Source: Candidatus Nomurabacteria bacterium (lineage in GTDB: Bacteria; Patescibacteriota; Minisyncoccia; Phycocordibacterales; UBA9973). From it: a stretch of DNA of 64,000 bases. Below are positions 8,258 through 15,882 of the stretch, piece after piece; within the stretch, counting starts at the first letter, position 1; every line of letters begins with the position of its first letter. The stretch lies in NCBI GenBank assembly GCA_016699085.1, contig CP064958.1:3785-67784 (forward strand), read 5' to 3'. The position numbers were made by a program, and so were the translations under genes. The notes beneath the pieces are model-generated. The model saw nothing but the letters and a program-made list of their open reading frames with translations. It was not told the DNA's origin and made no database searches.

Positions 8258-9553
8258 TTACAAGACTCTCCCCATTTGGCGTTCGTTCGTCCAGCTAGAT
8301 TCTTTGGAGAGAGTCGCATTATACATCGCCTTTATAAACCATACGGGCGAGAGGAATGTGTAGACGAAGATAAAATAGACAACCTCGATCGAGGGCATAA
8401 GTTTGCCACCTCGCATGGAACTTCCGATACTGAGTGAGAGTATGACAAAGCTATACAGGAGAGCAAAAATAATCATGTTTGTGCTCAGGGTAAAATAAAA
8501 CCAATTAGTATGTGCAAAGAATTGCGGCATATGGAAACCAACTGCTTGAATCTGTATCACTGCATGTTTTACGAAAACAAAGAGGCTTTCAAGCAAGAGT
8601 ACAGCAAGCGCTGTTACCGACAGAAGTGAAATCGCACCAGATGGCAGAGTAAAAAATGCTAAATTGCCATATTTTTTGCGGAACAATAGCTCCCTATAAT
8701 CTGCACCATTTTTGATGAAGCCATACGTCCAACGTAAGCGTTGCTTGTACAGTGCTGGCACATTAAACGGTGAGACTGTATAGACATACGCATCCGGACA
8801 GTGCTCGATCTGATAGCCGTGCTTGTGCATGCGAAGTGCAATTTCTTGATCTTCGGTATTGTGAGCTTTCCTGTACAGACCTAGATCATCAAAGACTTTC
8901 TTTCGAAATATGGAAAATGGACCAGGGGTCACGTGGATAGCTTTCAGAAAGCCAAGCATCTTTTTGGTATAGATCGCCATGTCATACTCGGCTTTTTGTG
9001 CCCACTGCAACATATTCTTGGGCTCATGGACCAAGATTGATGGTGCCACTGCCATGGTTTCAGGATTGTCAAAATACGTCGCGATACGCTTCAATGCTTC
9101 TGGATGAACAAATGAGTCAGCATCGAGTCCCCCGATAAGTTCACTCGAAGACATCGTAATACCCAAATTCATCGCTGTATGTTTGCCACCGTTTTCCTTT
9201 TGGACACCTTCGATCTGTGCATGTTTCATGAAGCGGCGAATAATAGACCACGTGCCATCAGTCGAACCATCGTCAACTAAAATAATTTTGAGTTTTGATT
9301 TTGGATAGTCGAGCGCCAAGAGTGATCGTACTGTTTTATATAACGTATTTTCTTCGTTATAACACGGCACAACAACCGTCACAGACGGATACCGAGAAAG
9401 CGTAATCGGTTTCTTGCGGATAATAATATCCTTGCGCCGCTCTAAAAAGGTCACCAAGAGAAAGACCTGGATATAGAGGGCTAAAAAGGAGAAAATGTAG
9501 ATAATAAGCTCTGTAATTGATGGCATAAACGCAAATATAAGCTTACCACACAA
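8258..9553 (-). CDS. Family 2 glycosyltransferase, processive type (cellulose/chitin/PNAG synthase-like)
   Basis: VVVPCYNEE, DDGSTDGT (DxD), QRLRWTYG (QxxRW), multiple C-terminal TM helices. Confidence 0.75.
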   Translation of the reverse strand: MCGKLIFAFMPSITELIIYIFSFLALYIQVFLLVTFLERRKDIIIRKKPITLSRYPSVTVVVPCYNEENTLYKTVRSLLALDYPKSKLKIILVDDGSTDGTWSIIRRFMKHAQIEGVQKENGGKHTAMNLGITMSSSELIGGLDADSFVHPEALKRIATYFDNPETMAVAPSILVHEPKNMLQWAQKAEYDMAIYTKKMLGFLKAIHVTPGPFSIFRKKVFDDLGLYRKAHNTEDQEIALRMHKHGYQIEHCPDAYVYTVSPFNVPALYKQRLRWTYGFIKNGADYRELLFRKKYGNLAFFTLPSGAISLLSVTALAVLLLESLFVFVKHAVIQIQAVGFHMPQFFAHTNWFYFTLSTNMIIFALLYSFVILSLSIGSSMRGGKLMPSIEVVYFIFVYTFLSPVWFIKAMYNATLSKESSWTNERQMGRVL

Positions 9554-9644
9554 AGGTGAAATTGCAATGAAGGTATATAACCATTATATGTCTTAATTGA
9601 CTTTTTAGTAAAATTAAGTATAATGTATATAAACCTACTTCCAT

Positions 9645-10019
9645 ATGACAATACAGTGCGAAAATAATACTTTACATGTTTCCTACGAAACCTCCGACTG
9701 GAGAAATGAGGAAATTAGCTTTTCGGAACAAAAATTTTTTCTACCTGAATTTCTTGAGCCAAAAAAGGCAGATGCCAGCAAAAGGTTCCCAATGACAATC
9801 AACGGGAAATCTGCTGACGTAATATTATGTGATGACAAGCCGATGGGAGCAATACGTGCACTATTAGTTGAACATGGACACACAGACATACAGCAGGCTC
9901 ATCTTTACATTATGAACAGAGAAGATTTCCCAGAATTGAATGGTCACATGTACCTAAGTTACCTCGTGACGTTTGAGGGAGAGAAGGAATTATTATTTCT
10001 ACTCATCCGAAAAAAATAA
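9645..10019 (+). CDS. Hypothetical protein
   Basis: 124-aa ORF followed by a strong hairpin terminator. Confidence 0.4.
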   Translation: MTIQCENNTLHVSYETSDWRNEEISFSEQKFFLPEFLEPKKADASKRFPMTINGKSADVILCDDKPMGAIRALLVEHGHTDIQQAHLYIMNREDFPELNGHMYLSYLVTFEGEKELLFLLIRKK

Positions 10020-10039
10020 AAAACAATCAAAACCAACAC

Positions 10040-10072
10040 ATTGAGGATACTCAATGTGTTTTTTTATTAAAA
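10040..10072. terminator. Bidirectional rho-independent terminator
   Basis: acacattgag-gata-ctcaatgtgt 10-bp perfect stem followed by T-run, between convergent genes. Confidence 0.7.
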
Positions 10073-10084
10073 ATAACAGTTAGA

Positions 10085-10609
10085 TTAATTCAACGCCTCA
10101 CAACCAATTCGGACATAGGAGAGCACTTGGAAATCCTCAGTCGTAACAGGTACCAGTATGCCTGCCGCTTCAGTAAGTGGATAGCGCAGTTTTTCAATAC
10201 CAACGACGCTTGCTCGATAAATTTCCTTTTCTTTATTTTGTGATCCTTCGATCGTATATGAAAATATATCAGTAATCGTATTATTCGAAAGCGTACCCGT
10301 TATCGTCCCCTCATAACCATTGGTCATATCAGGTCCCGCCTGTGTTCCCTTCTTGGTCCCAGCCACTACACCATCTGTAATCGTCATATCAATAAACTCA
10401 CTCACCGTATACGGCGCCTCAGTAGTCGCTGCGTGGCTATATGTATAACACTGTCGTCCATCAGCAAGTTGCACGACTACTTGAGTATTGTCAGTATTCT
10501 CTGCCACTGAAACAGGGCTCGCGCTTTTATCTCGAAGGAAGAAACTCGCAACAAACGCAACAGCCACTATGACAAGAATAACTAAAACGATTCTGGATAT
10601 TTTTGACAT
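10085..10609 (-). CDS. Hypothetical membrane-anchored protein
   Basis: N-terminal TM helix, Thr/Gly-rich extracellular part. Confidence 0.4.
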   Translation of the reverse strand: MSKISRIVLVILVIVAVAFVASFFLRDKSASPVSVAENTDNTQVVVQLADGRQCYTYSHAATTEAPYTVSEFIDMTITDGVVAGTKKGTQAGPDMTNGYEGTITGTLSNNTITDIFSYTIEGSQNKEKEIYRASVVGIEKLRYPLTEAAGILVPVTTEDFQVLSYVRIGCEALN

Positions 10610-10670
10610 GAATTCATTCTACCTCAGCTCAATACTTTTTGTTCATCCCAGTAGATTTTAATTTTTCATA

Positions 10671-11102
10671 TTATTTATTCAGATACGTAATCGTAAACTG
10701 CAACACTGTCGCAAACAAAACCCAGAGTAAATACGGAATATTGAGAAATATAATCCAGGTAAGTGTCGGTGATCCTGTCTCAATATGAGATTTGAGAGAG
10801 AATATATAGAGAGAGGCAAGTGCCCAGATAAGTGTGCCAAGTACAAAAAATATATCAACAGACGCGAGAAGATTATTCTTCAATCCAAACTGGATCGGTG
10901 TGAAAGCAAAATTGAAAACTAAATTCAACGCGTACGGAAGTGCCACCATCCATGGAATCTGTCCTTGATATGCACGATAGAAAACCGTACCAAATGTAAT
11001 CGCAATGATTATATACAGCACGGTCCACACCGGACCAAAAAGCCAGCTTGGCGGAGCCCATGTTGGTTTTATTAAAGTTGAATACCAGTTGTATGTGTTC
11101 AT
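10671..11102 (-). CDS. tspO: TspO/MBR (tryptophan-rich sensory protein) family
   Basis: WYxxLxKPxWAPPxWxFGPVWTVLY N-terminal signature, five TM helices. Confidence 0.8.
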   Translation of the reverse strand: MNTYNWYSTLIKPTWAPPSWLFGPVWTVLYIIIAITFGTVFYRAYQGQIPWMVALPYALNLVFNFAFTPIQFGLKNNLLASVDIFFVLGTLIWALASLYIFSLKSHIETGSPTLTWIIFLNIPYLLWVLFATVLQFTITYLNK

Positions 11103-11173
11103 AAAATTACTTGTCCCGTGGTGAGCTTTGCTCTACTAGTGGGATTTTGCCACAATTTACTAATTTTTATGGT

Positions 11174-11208
11174 TTCCTTATTGCAGTCTTTTGCAAAATG
11201 CTAGTATA
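11174..11208. repeat. 35-bp conserved motif copy A (ttccttattgcagtcttttgcaaaatgctagtata)
   Basis: Contains 10-bp perfect palindrome TTTTGCAAAA; overlaps the last 10 codons of the ArsR gene, 72 bp upstream of tspO start. Confidence 0.8.
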
Positions 11209-11450
11209 GAGATTGCCTTTGAGGTGAGTTTGTGGCGGACATTGGGGCCATCATTGCGCTTCATAATAAGTCTGGCAATCGCCATTTTGCGAATATGGTC
11301 TGAGGTATTTTCATACCCTATCTTGAGCTTCTCTGATATATCTGCCACTGATAATTCCGGTTGCTTTGCCAGTAATTCCAAAATCTTTAGCCGATTATGA
11401 TTGGCAAAGCCTTTTAATAATCTTTCAACTTTTCGATAATCTAGTGCCAT
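11178..11450 (-). CDS. ArsR/SmtB-family HTH transcriptional regulator
   Basis: NHNRLKILELLAKQPELSVADISEKLKIGYENTSDHIRKM winged-helix pattern, 90 aa. Confidence 0.75.
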   Translation of the reverse strand: MALDYRKVERLLKGFANHNRLKILELLAKQPELSVADISEKLKIGYENTSDHIRKMAIARLIMKRNDGPNVRHKLTSKAISILAFCKRLQ

Positions 11451-11475
11451 ACTTTTTTATTATACCCCTACCCTT

Positions 11476-11510
11476 TTTCTTATGCTAGTGTTTTGCAAAA
11501 TGCTAGTATG
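11476..11510. repeat. 35-bp conserved motif copy B (slightly diverged)
   Basis: tttcttatgctagtgttttgcaaaatgctagtatg, 25 bp upstream of ArsR start. Confidence 0.7.
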
Positions 11511-11640
11511 TACTAACTGTGTTTAATTTGAAACTGTAAGAAGTTTCGCTATCGTAAAAATATCTTTCATGTTATACGGCACCTAATAGTCGGTTTTTAG
11601 TAAGACGAAACCTTGCTGGTTGTATCCCATGTATCTAGAT

Positions 11641-12096
11641 TTATATGGTTGTATTATTTAATACCGCTTTAGCAAAAGGCACAGAAAAGGCTTTGCACCA
11701 GATCCAGACTTCTTCTGGAGATACACCTTCCGGCAATTCATAATTTTGAGAGCCCATATTTCCCTTCAACACACTAAGTTCACTACCTTTTATATAACTA
11801 CCGTTTTGTCCAAGGCCTACATATAGATCAGGTCCATTAGCAACCACAAAATCTTCTTCAAAACGAATATAGTTTTTACCACCAATCGATATAACATTTG
11901 CAGTACCAGATCCAGTATGGATTTTATCAAAGCCGGCAAACTGACCTTGTTTTATAACCTCGACACTAGTATCTTCTGTATTTTCGGCAATAGGTAACGT
12001 TTCGCTGACTATTTTATTTATAAAAAATGGAGAAATAAAATAATATCCTGCACCCAGTAAAATAATAACGATTGTGGTTATAACTATTTTTTTCAT
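11641..12096 (-). CDS. Secreted DM13-domain protein
   Basis: Signal/TM N-terminus; HTGSGTANVISIGGKNYIRFEEDFVVANGPDLYVGL matches DM13 domain pattern. Confidence 0.55.
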   Translation of the reverse strand: MKKIVITTIVIILLGAGYYFISPFFINKIVSETLPIAENTEDTSVEVIKQGQFAGFDKIHTGSGTANVISIGGKNYIRFEEDFVVANGPDLYVGLGQNGSYIKGSELSVLKGNMGSQNYELPEGVSPEEVWIWCKAFSVPFAKAVLNNTTI

Positions 12097-12125
12097 AAAT
12101 TTATTCTACCATTTTTCTCTCAATA

Positions 12126-12160
12126 TTCCTTATTGCAGTGTTTTGCAAAATGCTAGTATA
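12126..12160. repeat. 35-bp conserved motif copy C
   Basis: ttccttattgcagtgttttgcaaaatgctagtata, 30 bp upstream of DM13 gene start. Confidence 0.8.
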
Positions 12161-12182
12161 GGCTAATTGTCTGTAGAGTTAA

Positions 12183-12312
12183 ACAAGGGGCACTATATCC
12201 TGCGGAGCATCCTTGTGCCAAAACAGTACAATAGGCGCAACTGCAACACCCCCGCGACAATGTAATTTTTTTTCATATTGGTTTGATGAATGGTGACTGA
12301 CTCCATTTCCTT
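12183..12312. repeat. 125-bp repeat family, copy 1 (about 88% identical to 14981..15110)
   Basis: Direct comparison of the two regions; contains small minus-strand ORF. Confidence 0.75.
12193..12276 (-). CDS. Possible 27-aa peptide MKKNYIVAGVLQLRLLYCFGTRMLRRI inside repeat copy 1
   Basis: ATG..TAG ORF; reading frame preserved relative to copy 2 by two compensating 1-nt indels. Confidence 0.3.
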   Translation of the reverse strand: MKKNYIVAGVLQLRLLYCFGTRMLRRI

Positions 12313-12355
12313 TTTTGGGGAGATATTATAAAACGGCGTGGATTGTTCTCTTAAA

Positions 12356-13363
12356 TTAAACTAGCAAATATTTTGTTTGCTCAAGATATTTTTGTATACC
12401 TTCAATTTTCTCTAATCCTTTAGTTTTGTGCATATAAGGAAGTTTGACAGTTATATTTAAAACCAAAAAAGCATGAAATAATTTTTTGTCATATTCTTCA
12501 TCTCCAAAATACCCATCAACAAATTGCTCACCAGTTTTCCCTATTCCTCCTTTCGAAATTTTATGAAAGAGACTTCTTGTTATATCCATAAATGGGTGGT
12601 GAAAACATGGCCACGGATCAAATACTGTAAACGGTTCTGTGGCAAAAACATTTCCTCCTCCAAAATCATTATGGCAATAAACACTTTCTTTACTGTCTCC
12701 AATATTGGAAATTAAAATGTTAAAAACATCTTCTATTGAACCATGGATATCATCATCCAAAAGTTTATGTTCTTTAACGTATTCAATTTGTGTTTGCATA
12801 TTAGAATCACCTTTCAACCATTCAGCAATACTAAAATATTCAGGTTCACTTTTTTTATTAACAATATTACTGTATCCCTCCGTTTTTGCTTCGTGCATTT
12901 TTCGAAGCAACTTACCCAAATCGTGATATACATTTTTTTCTAGCATTTCTTCTTTTGTATAGGAACTACTAATAGTTTCAGAATCAATATATTCCATTAA
13001 GATATATGGTTGCTCACCAATCTCACCTTCTTCTAAAACATGCGGAACTTTTACGCCTACATTTTCCCAAGTAGTCAAAAATACCCCTTCAAGTCTAGAA
13101 TTTAAAGTACTTAATGGGATTTTTAAGATAAGTTTTTGCTCTAGTGTTTCAATAATACTTACAAGAGAAGAGATACCAGCATGTATAAAAGTAACATCAA
13201 CCTTTTTGCCAGAAAATAAAGGATGTTGAGCTATAAAATCTTTCATTAGAGGAACAAGCTTTTTTCTTCGCTCATTAAACTTTTGATCCACCTCATGTTC
13301 AGAAAGTTTTGGTTCGTTAGTAAAAGTAATTTTTTGAGATGTTTCCATAGCTATTTTATTCAT
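12356..13363 (-). CDS. Aminoglycoside/choline-kinase-type phosphotransferase (APH/ChoK fold)
   Basis: YCHNDFGGGN (HxDxxxxN catalytic loop) and VFDPWPCFHHPFMD (DxD/metal-binding loop). Confidence 0.6.
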   Translation of the reverse strand: MNKIAMETSQKITFTNEPKLSEHEVDQKFNERRKKLVPLMKDFIAQHPLFSGKKVDVTFIHAGISSLVSIIETLEQKLILKIPLSTLNSRLEGVFLTTWENVGVKVPHVLEEGEIGEQPYILMEYIDSETISSSYTKEEMLEKNVYHDLGKLLRKMHEAKTEGYSNIVNKKSEPEYFSIAEWLKGDSNMQTQIEYVKEHKLLDDDIHGSIEDVFNILISNIGDSKESVYCHNDFGGGNVFATEPFTVFDPWPCFHHPFMDITRSLFHKISKGGIGKTGEQFVDGYFGDEEYDKKLFHAFLVLNITVKLPYMHKTKGLEKIEGIQKYLEQTKYLLV

Positions 13364-13391
13364 AAATCTATTTTATCATTTTTTACTAAAT

Positions 13392-13426
13392 TTCCTTATT
13401 GCAGTGTTTTGCAAAATGCTTGTATA
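13392..13426. repeat. 35-bp conserved motif copy D
   Basis: ttccttattgcagtgttttgcaaaatgcttgtata, 29 bp upstream of kinase gene start. Confidence 0.8.
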
Positions 13427-13441
13427 AAAATTGTATACTCA

Positions 13442-13834
13442 TTAATGGTATTTCCAAGCTGTTTGTTTCAATTCCTTTCGGATAGCACTATGGTTGGGCA
13501 CAAGTTCGGCCACTAAATTCCAAAAATTTGCAGAATGATTGAATTCCTTTATGTGGCACAATTCGTGCACTATTATATAGTCGGCAATATGGGGCGGTAA
13601 AAATAAAATTTTGTAATTAAAATTTAAATTCCCCTGCTTGGAGCAGCTACCCCAGCGGGATTTGGTATTTCGAATGGACACCCTTCCCACCTTATAACCA
13701 TAGTGAGTATTGAGCTCGCCAATCTTCTTATGCACCAACCCCCGAGCATCTTCTTTGTATTTTTTATAATCCCACCGAGTATACTTTTTCTTTCCTAAGA
13801 AATTTAAAATTCCGTTTAATGATATTAAAGAATT
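13442..13834 (-). pseudogene. N-terminally truncated YgjP-like (DUF45) metal-dependent hydrolase fragment
   Basis: RWGSC...DYIIVHELCHIKEFNHS (HExxH) matches C-terminal half of the full-length paralog at 15133..15882; open frame only from 13834, TTG start at 13738, in-frame stop at 13835..13837; about 110 N-terminal residues missing. Confidence 0.5.
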
Positions 13835-13861
13835 TTAACACAGCACGTTGTCACATAACTA

Positions 13862-13896
13862 TTCCTTATTGCAGTGTTTTGCAAAATGCTAGTATG
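13862..13896. repeat. 35-bp conserved motif copy E
   Basis: ttccttattgcagtgttttgcaaaatgctagtatg; immediately followed by perfect hairpin ctaggaaggt-aag-accttcctag (13898..13920). Confidence 0.8.
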
Positions 13897-13916
13897 TCTA
13901 GGAAGGTAAGACCTTC

Positions 13917-13991
13917 CTAGACAGGTTTCGGCACCTCCCCAATTTGTAAAACTTCAGGTGGGCCATATTTTTTACAAAGTATTGCTTTCAT
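13917..13991 (-). pseudogene. 24-aa remnant of the N-terminus of a zinc-type alcohol dehydrogenase / quinone oxidoreductase (MDR) gene
   Basis: Minus strand encodes MKAILCKKYGPPEVLQIGEVPKPV then stop; classic MDR N-terminus; leader aaaaatgctaaaataaatttATG resembles leaders of neighbouring cassette genes. Confidence 0.4.
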
Positions 13992-14193
13992 AAATTTATT
14001 TTAGCATTTTTAATAACAAAGCATTCTCACGTGTGTGCGCAATCTCGATCGCAAAGGAGAATAGGAATGAGCGCGGGGCTCCCTATTGTTTTTTATTAAA
14101 TATATGTTATATTGTTGGTTGAATTAGGTCAACGGGCTATACCTAGTTTAATCAAAGACAAATAGCTCTTTCACAATTTAATACCACTGTAAA

Positions 14194-14832
14194 ATGTCAA
14201 AAAAAGACACTGGTTTAATGCTCTCTACAGTAAAGGGACCATTAGCAAATCTCCTTGATAATCTATCAGGAGCAAACGCCGGCTACTGGCTTAAAGTAGT
14301 TAAAAAAATCTTGAGAGGTGAAAATCCTTTCGCAGAGAGAGAAGCAGAGTTATCTGCTCAACGAACGCTTGTACTATCTTTTATTGTTGAAGTTGATGGG
14401 ACAAAACCCTACGGCTATGGTTTCGTAAGAAATCACAATTTCAATGAGGATAATTTTCCTATCAAGGATAAAACTAAGCGAACCGTAGTCATTGATGTGT
14501 TCCATTTCGGCACCCAATCAGCTGAGATTGATTTTGGACATCATCCTGTTACAACTAATTGGATGATTGGAAAAATGGAGAGGTATGGTTGTCGTCCCGC
14601 TAACACCGAAGAACTCGTGAGTTTAGCGAAATGCCACCCTGAAATCTTGAAAGATTTAAAAATCACAACACTCGATTTCAATTCAGCATGGCTTTATAAT
14701 GGCCGCGGAGGAGATTACGAAATCCCTGTACTAACACAGACAGAACATGGTCAAAATTTTATTGATTTGATTATGTACTTTAATGGTGTATGGGGAAAAG
14801 AACTTAGCTTTGCTGGTGTACGAATTCAGTGA
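14194..14832 (+). CDS. Hypothetical protein (only plus-strand gene in this island)
   Basis: 212-aa ORF, no recognisable motif. Confidence 0.5.
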   Translation: MSKKDTGLMLSTVKGPLANLLDNLSGANAGYWLKVVKKILRGENPFAEREAELSAQRTLVLSFIVEVDGTKPYGYGFVRNHNFNEDNFPIKDKTKRTVVIDVFHFGTQSAEIDFGHHPVTTNWMIGKMERYGCRPANTEELVSLAKCHPEILKDLKITTLDFNSAWLYNGRGGDYEIPVLTQTEHGQNFIDLIMYFNGVWGKELSFAGVRIQ

Positions 14833-14980
14833 CAGTGAGAAACTAATTATTTTTTTAAAACTATTTTCCTTCAAAAAGAAAGTAGTTTTTTTATTTCACC
14901 TTCATTAGTGAAGCAAAAAGATATGTTGTTTCAATTGATATGCAAGAACAGTCCTTGCATATCAGACAAGAGTTCCATCA

Positions 14981-15110
14981 AGGGGCATCATATCCTGCGG
15001 AGCATCCTTGTGCCAAAACAGTACAATACCTGGAACTGCAACAACCCCCGCGACAATGTAATTTTTTTCATATTGGTTTGACAAGCGGTGACTAACCCTA
15101 TTTCCATTTC
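14981..15110. repeat. 125-bp repeat family, copy 2
   Basis: Matches 12183..12312. Confidence 0.75.
14988..15071 (-). CDS. Possible 27-aa peptide MKKITLSRGLLQFQVLYCFGTRMLRRI inside repeat copy 2
   Basis: ATG..TGA ORF; C-terminal 13 aa identical to copy 1. Confidence 0.3.
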   Translation of the reverse strand: MKKITLSRGLLQFQVLYCFGTRMLRRI

Positions 15111-15132
15111 TTGCACCATTTCTTACATTAAT

Positions 15133-15882
15133 TTAACTAGTCTGAACCCCGACAGTTTCCAGCTTATCCTTCACTTTCTCCCATTTCGGAAACTTCTTCT
15201 TCAAGAACTTATAAAAAAGTTTATTGTGACTTCTGTACTTCATATGGCACAACTCATGGACGATAACGTAGTCGATACATTCGCGTGAAGTATGAATGAG
15301 TTTTGGATTCAAAATGACCGTGTCGTTGTCGAGGAAGCTACCCCAACGCTTCTTCATCTCTCTAATAACAAGTGGTGGCATCTTCTTGTAATCAAACTTT
15401 GCTTGCATCAACTCGAATCGCTCATGGAAGACTCGGCCAACTTTTTCTTCGTACCACTTGTCCAAAAGTTTCTTGGTGTGTCGTCCATCCTGCACGCCTT
15501 TGCTTGTATAGACCATAAGCAATCCCTTGGTCATAGACACCTTGTCTTCACTCGAACGCTTCACCATGAGCTTGTACTGCTTGCCGAGATAGAGAAATCC
15601 TTCGCCTGAGACGTATTCCTTCTGGTACACGCGTCGCTGATACTTCTTGAAGAAGCTCAGTTGTTTCTCAAGCCAAAACCACTTCTTTTTTAAGAAGGTT
15701 TCTACTCGCTCATCTTCTGCGCCATGCGGAGCTTTAAGGGTTATTCCGAGGTCTGGTTTTACTGTGAGACTGAGAGTCAGTCTATCTTGCATGACGAGGT
15801 CGTAGTGGTAGACAAATGAGCCAAATACAAATTCTTTTTTAGCTGAAGATTTCATAATTGTTTTCTGCAAGTGAAAGGACAC
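15133..15882 (-). CDS. YgjP-like (DUF45) metal-dependent hydrolase, full length
   Basis: RWGSF...DYVIVHELCHMKYRSHN HExxH motif; position downstream of hsdR is typical for this family. Confidence 0.7.
   Translation of the reverse strand: MSFHLQKTIMKSSAKKEFVFGSFVYHYDLVMQDRLTLSLTVKPDLGITLKAPHGAEDERVETFLKKKWFWLEKQLSFFKKYQRRVYQKEYVSGEGFLYLGKQYKLMVKRSSEDKVSMTKGLLMVYTSKGVQDGRHTKKLLDKWYEEKVGRVFHERFELMQAKFDYKKMPPLVIREMKKRWGSFLDNDTVILNPKLIHTSRECIDYVIVHELCHMKYRSHNKLFYKFLKKKFPKWEKVKDKLETVGVQTS

Noticed and set aside
11174-11208. Interpreting the 35-bp motif as a canonical sigma-70 promoter (TTGCAA as -35)
   Set aside because: No consistently spaced -10 hexamer follows at 16-18 bp in the five copies. 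A plus-strand extended -10 (TGcTAGTAT) exists but would fire antisense into upstream genes. The promoter role is left open rather than annotated.
12193-12276. First reading of the small repeat ORF as a 41-aa six-cysteine peptide (MKKITLSRGCCSCAYC...)
   Set aside because: I had miscounted the T-run (8 T in copy 1, 7 in copy 2). Corrected translation gives 27-aa peptides with only one Cys, so a Cys-rich RiPP/bacteriocin interpretation is not supported.
13739-13834. Possibility that the YgjP fragment is a full gene with a distant non-ATG start
   Set aside because: In-frame TAA at 13835..13837 limits the frame to about 131 codons versus 249 in the intact paralog; the N-terminal domain is absent, so it is called a truncated remnant.
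10671-13920. The regularly recurring 35-bp motif was considered as a CRISPR array
   Set aside because: Intervals are 300-1270 bp and contain full protein-coding genes; repeats are not separated by 25-50 bp unique spacers and no cas genes are present.
10671-15110. Integron gene-cassette array (attC sites)
   Set aside because: There is no IntI-type integrase or attI in the window, and the motif lacks the R''-L''/L'-R' attC architecture. It is kept only as an analogy in the findings, not asserted.
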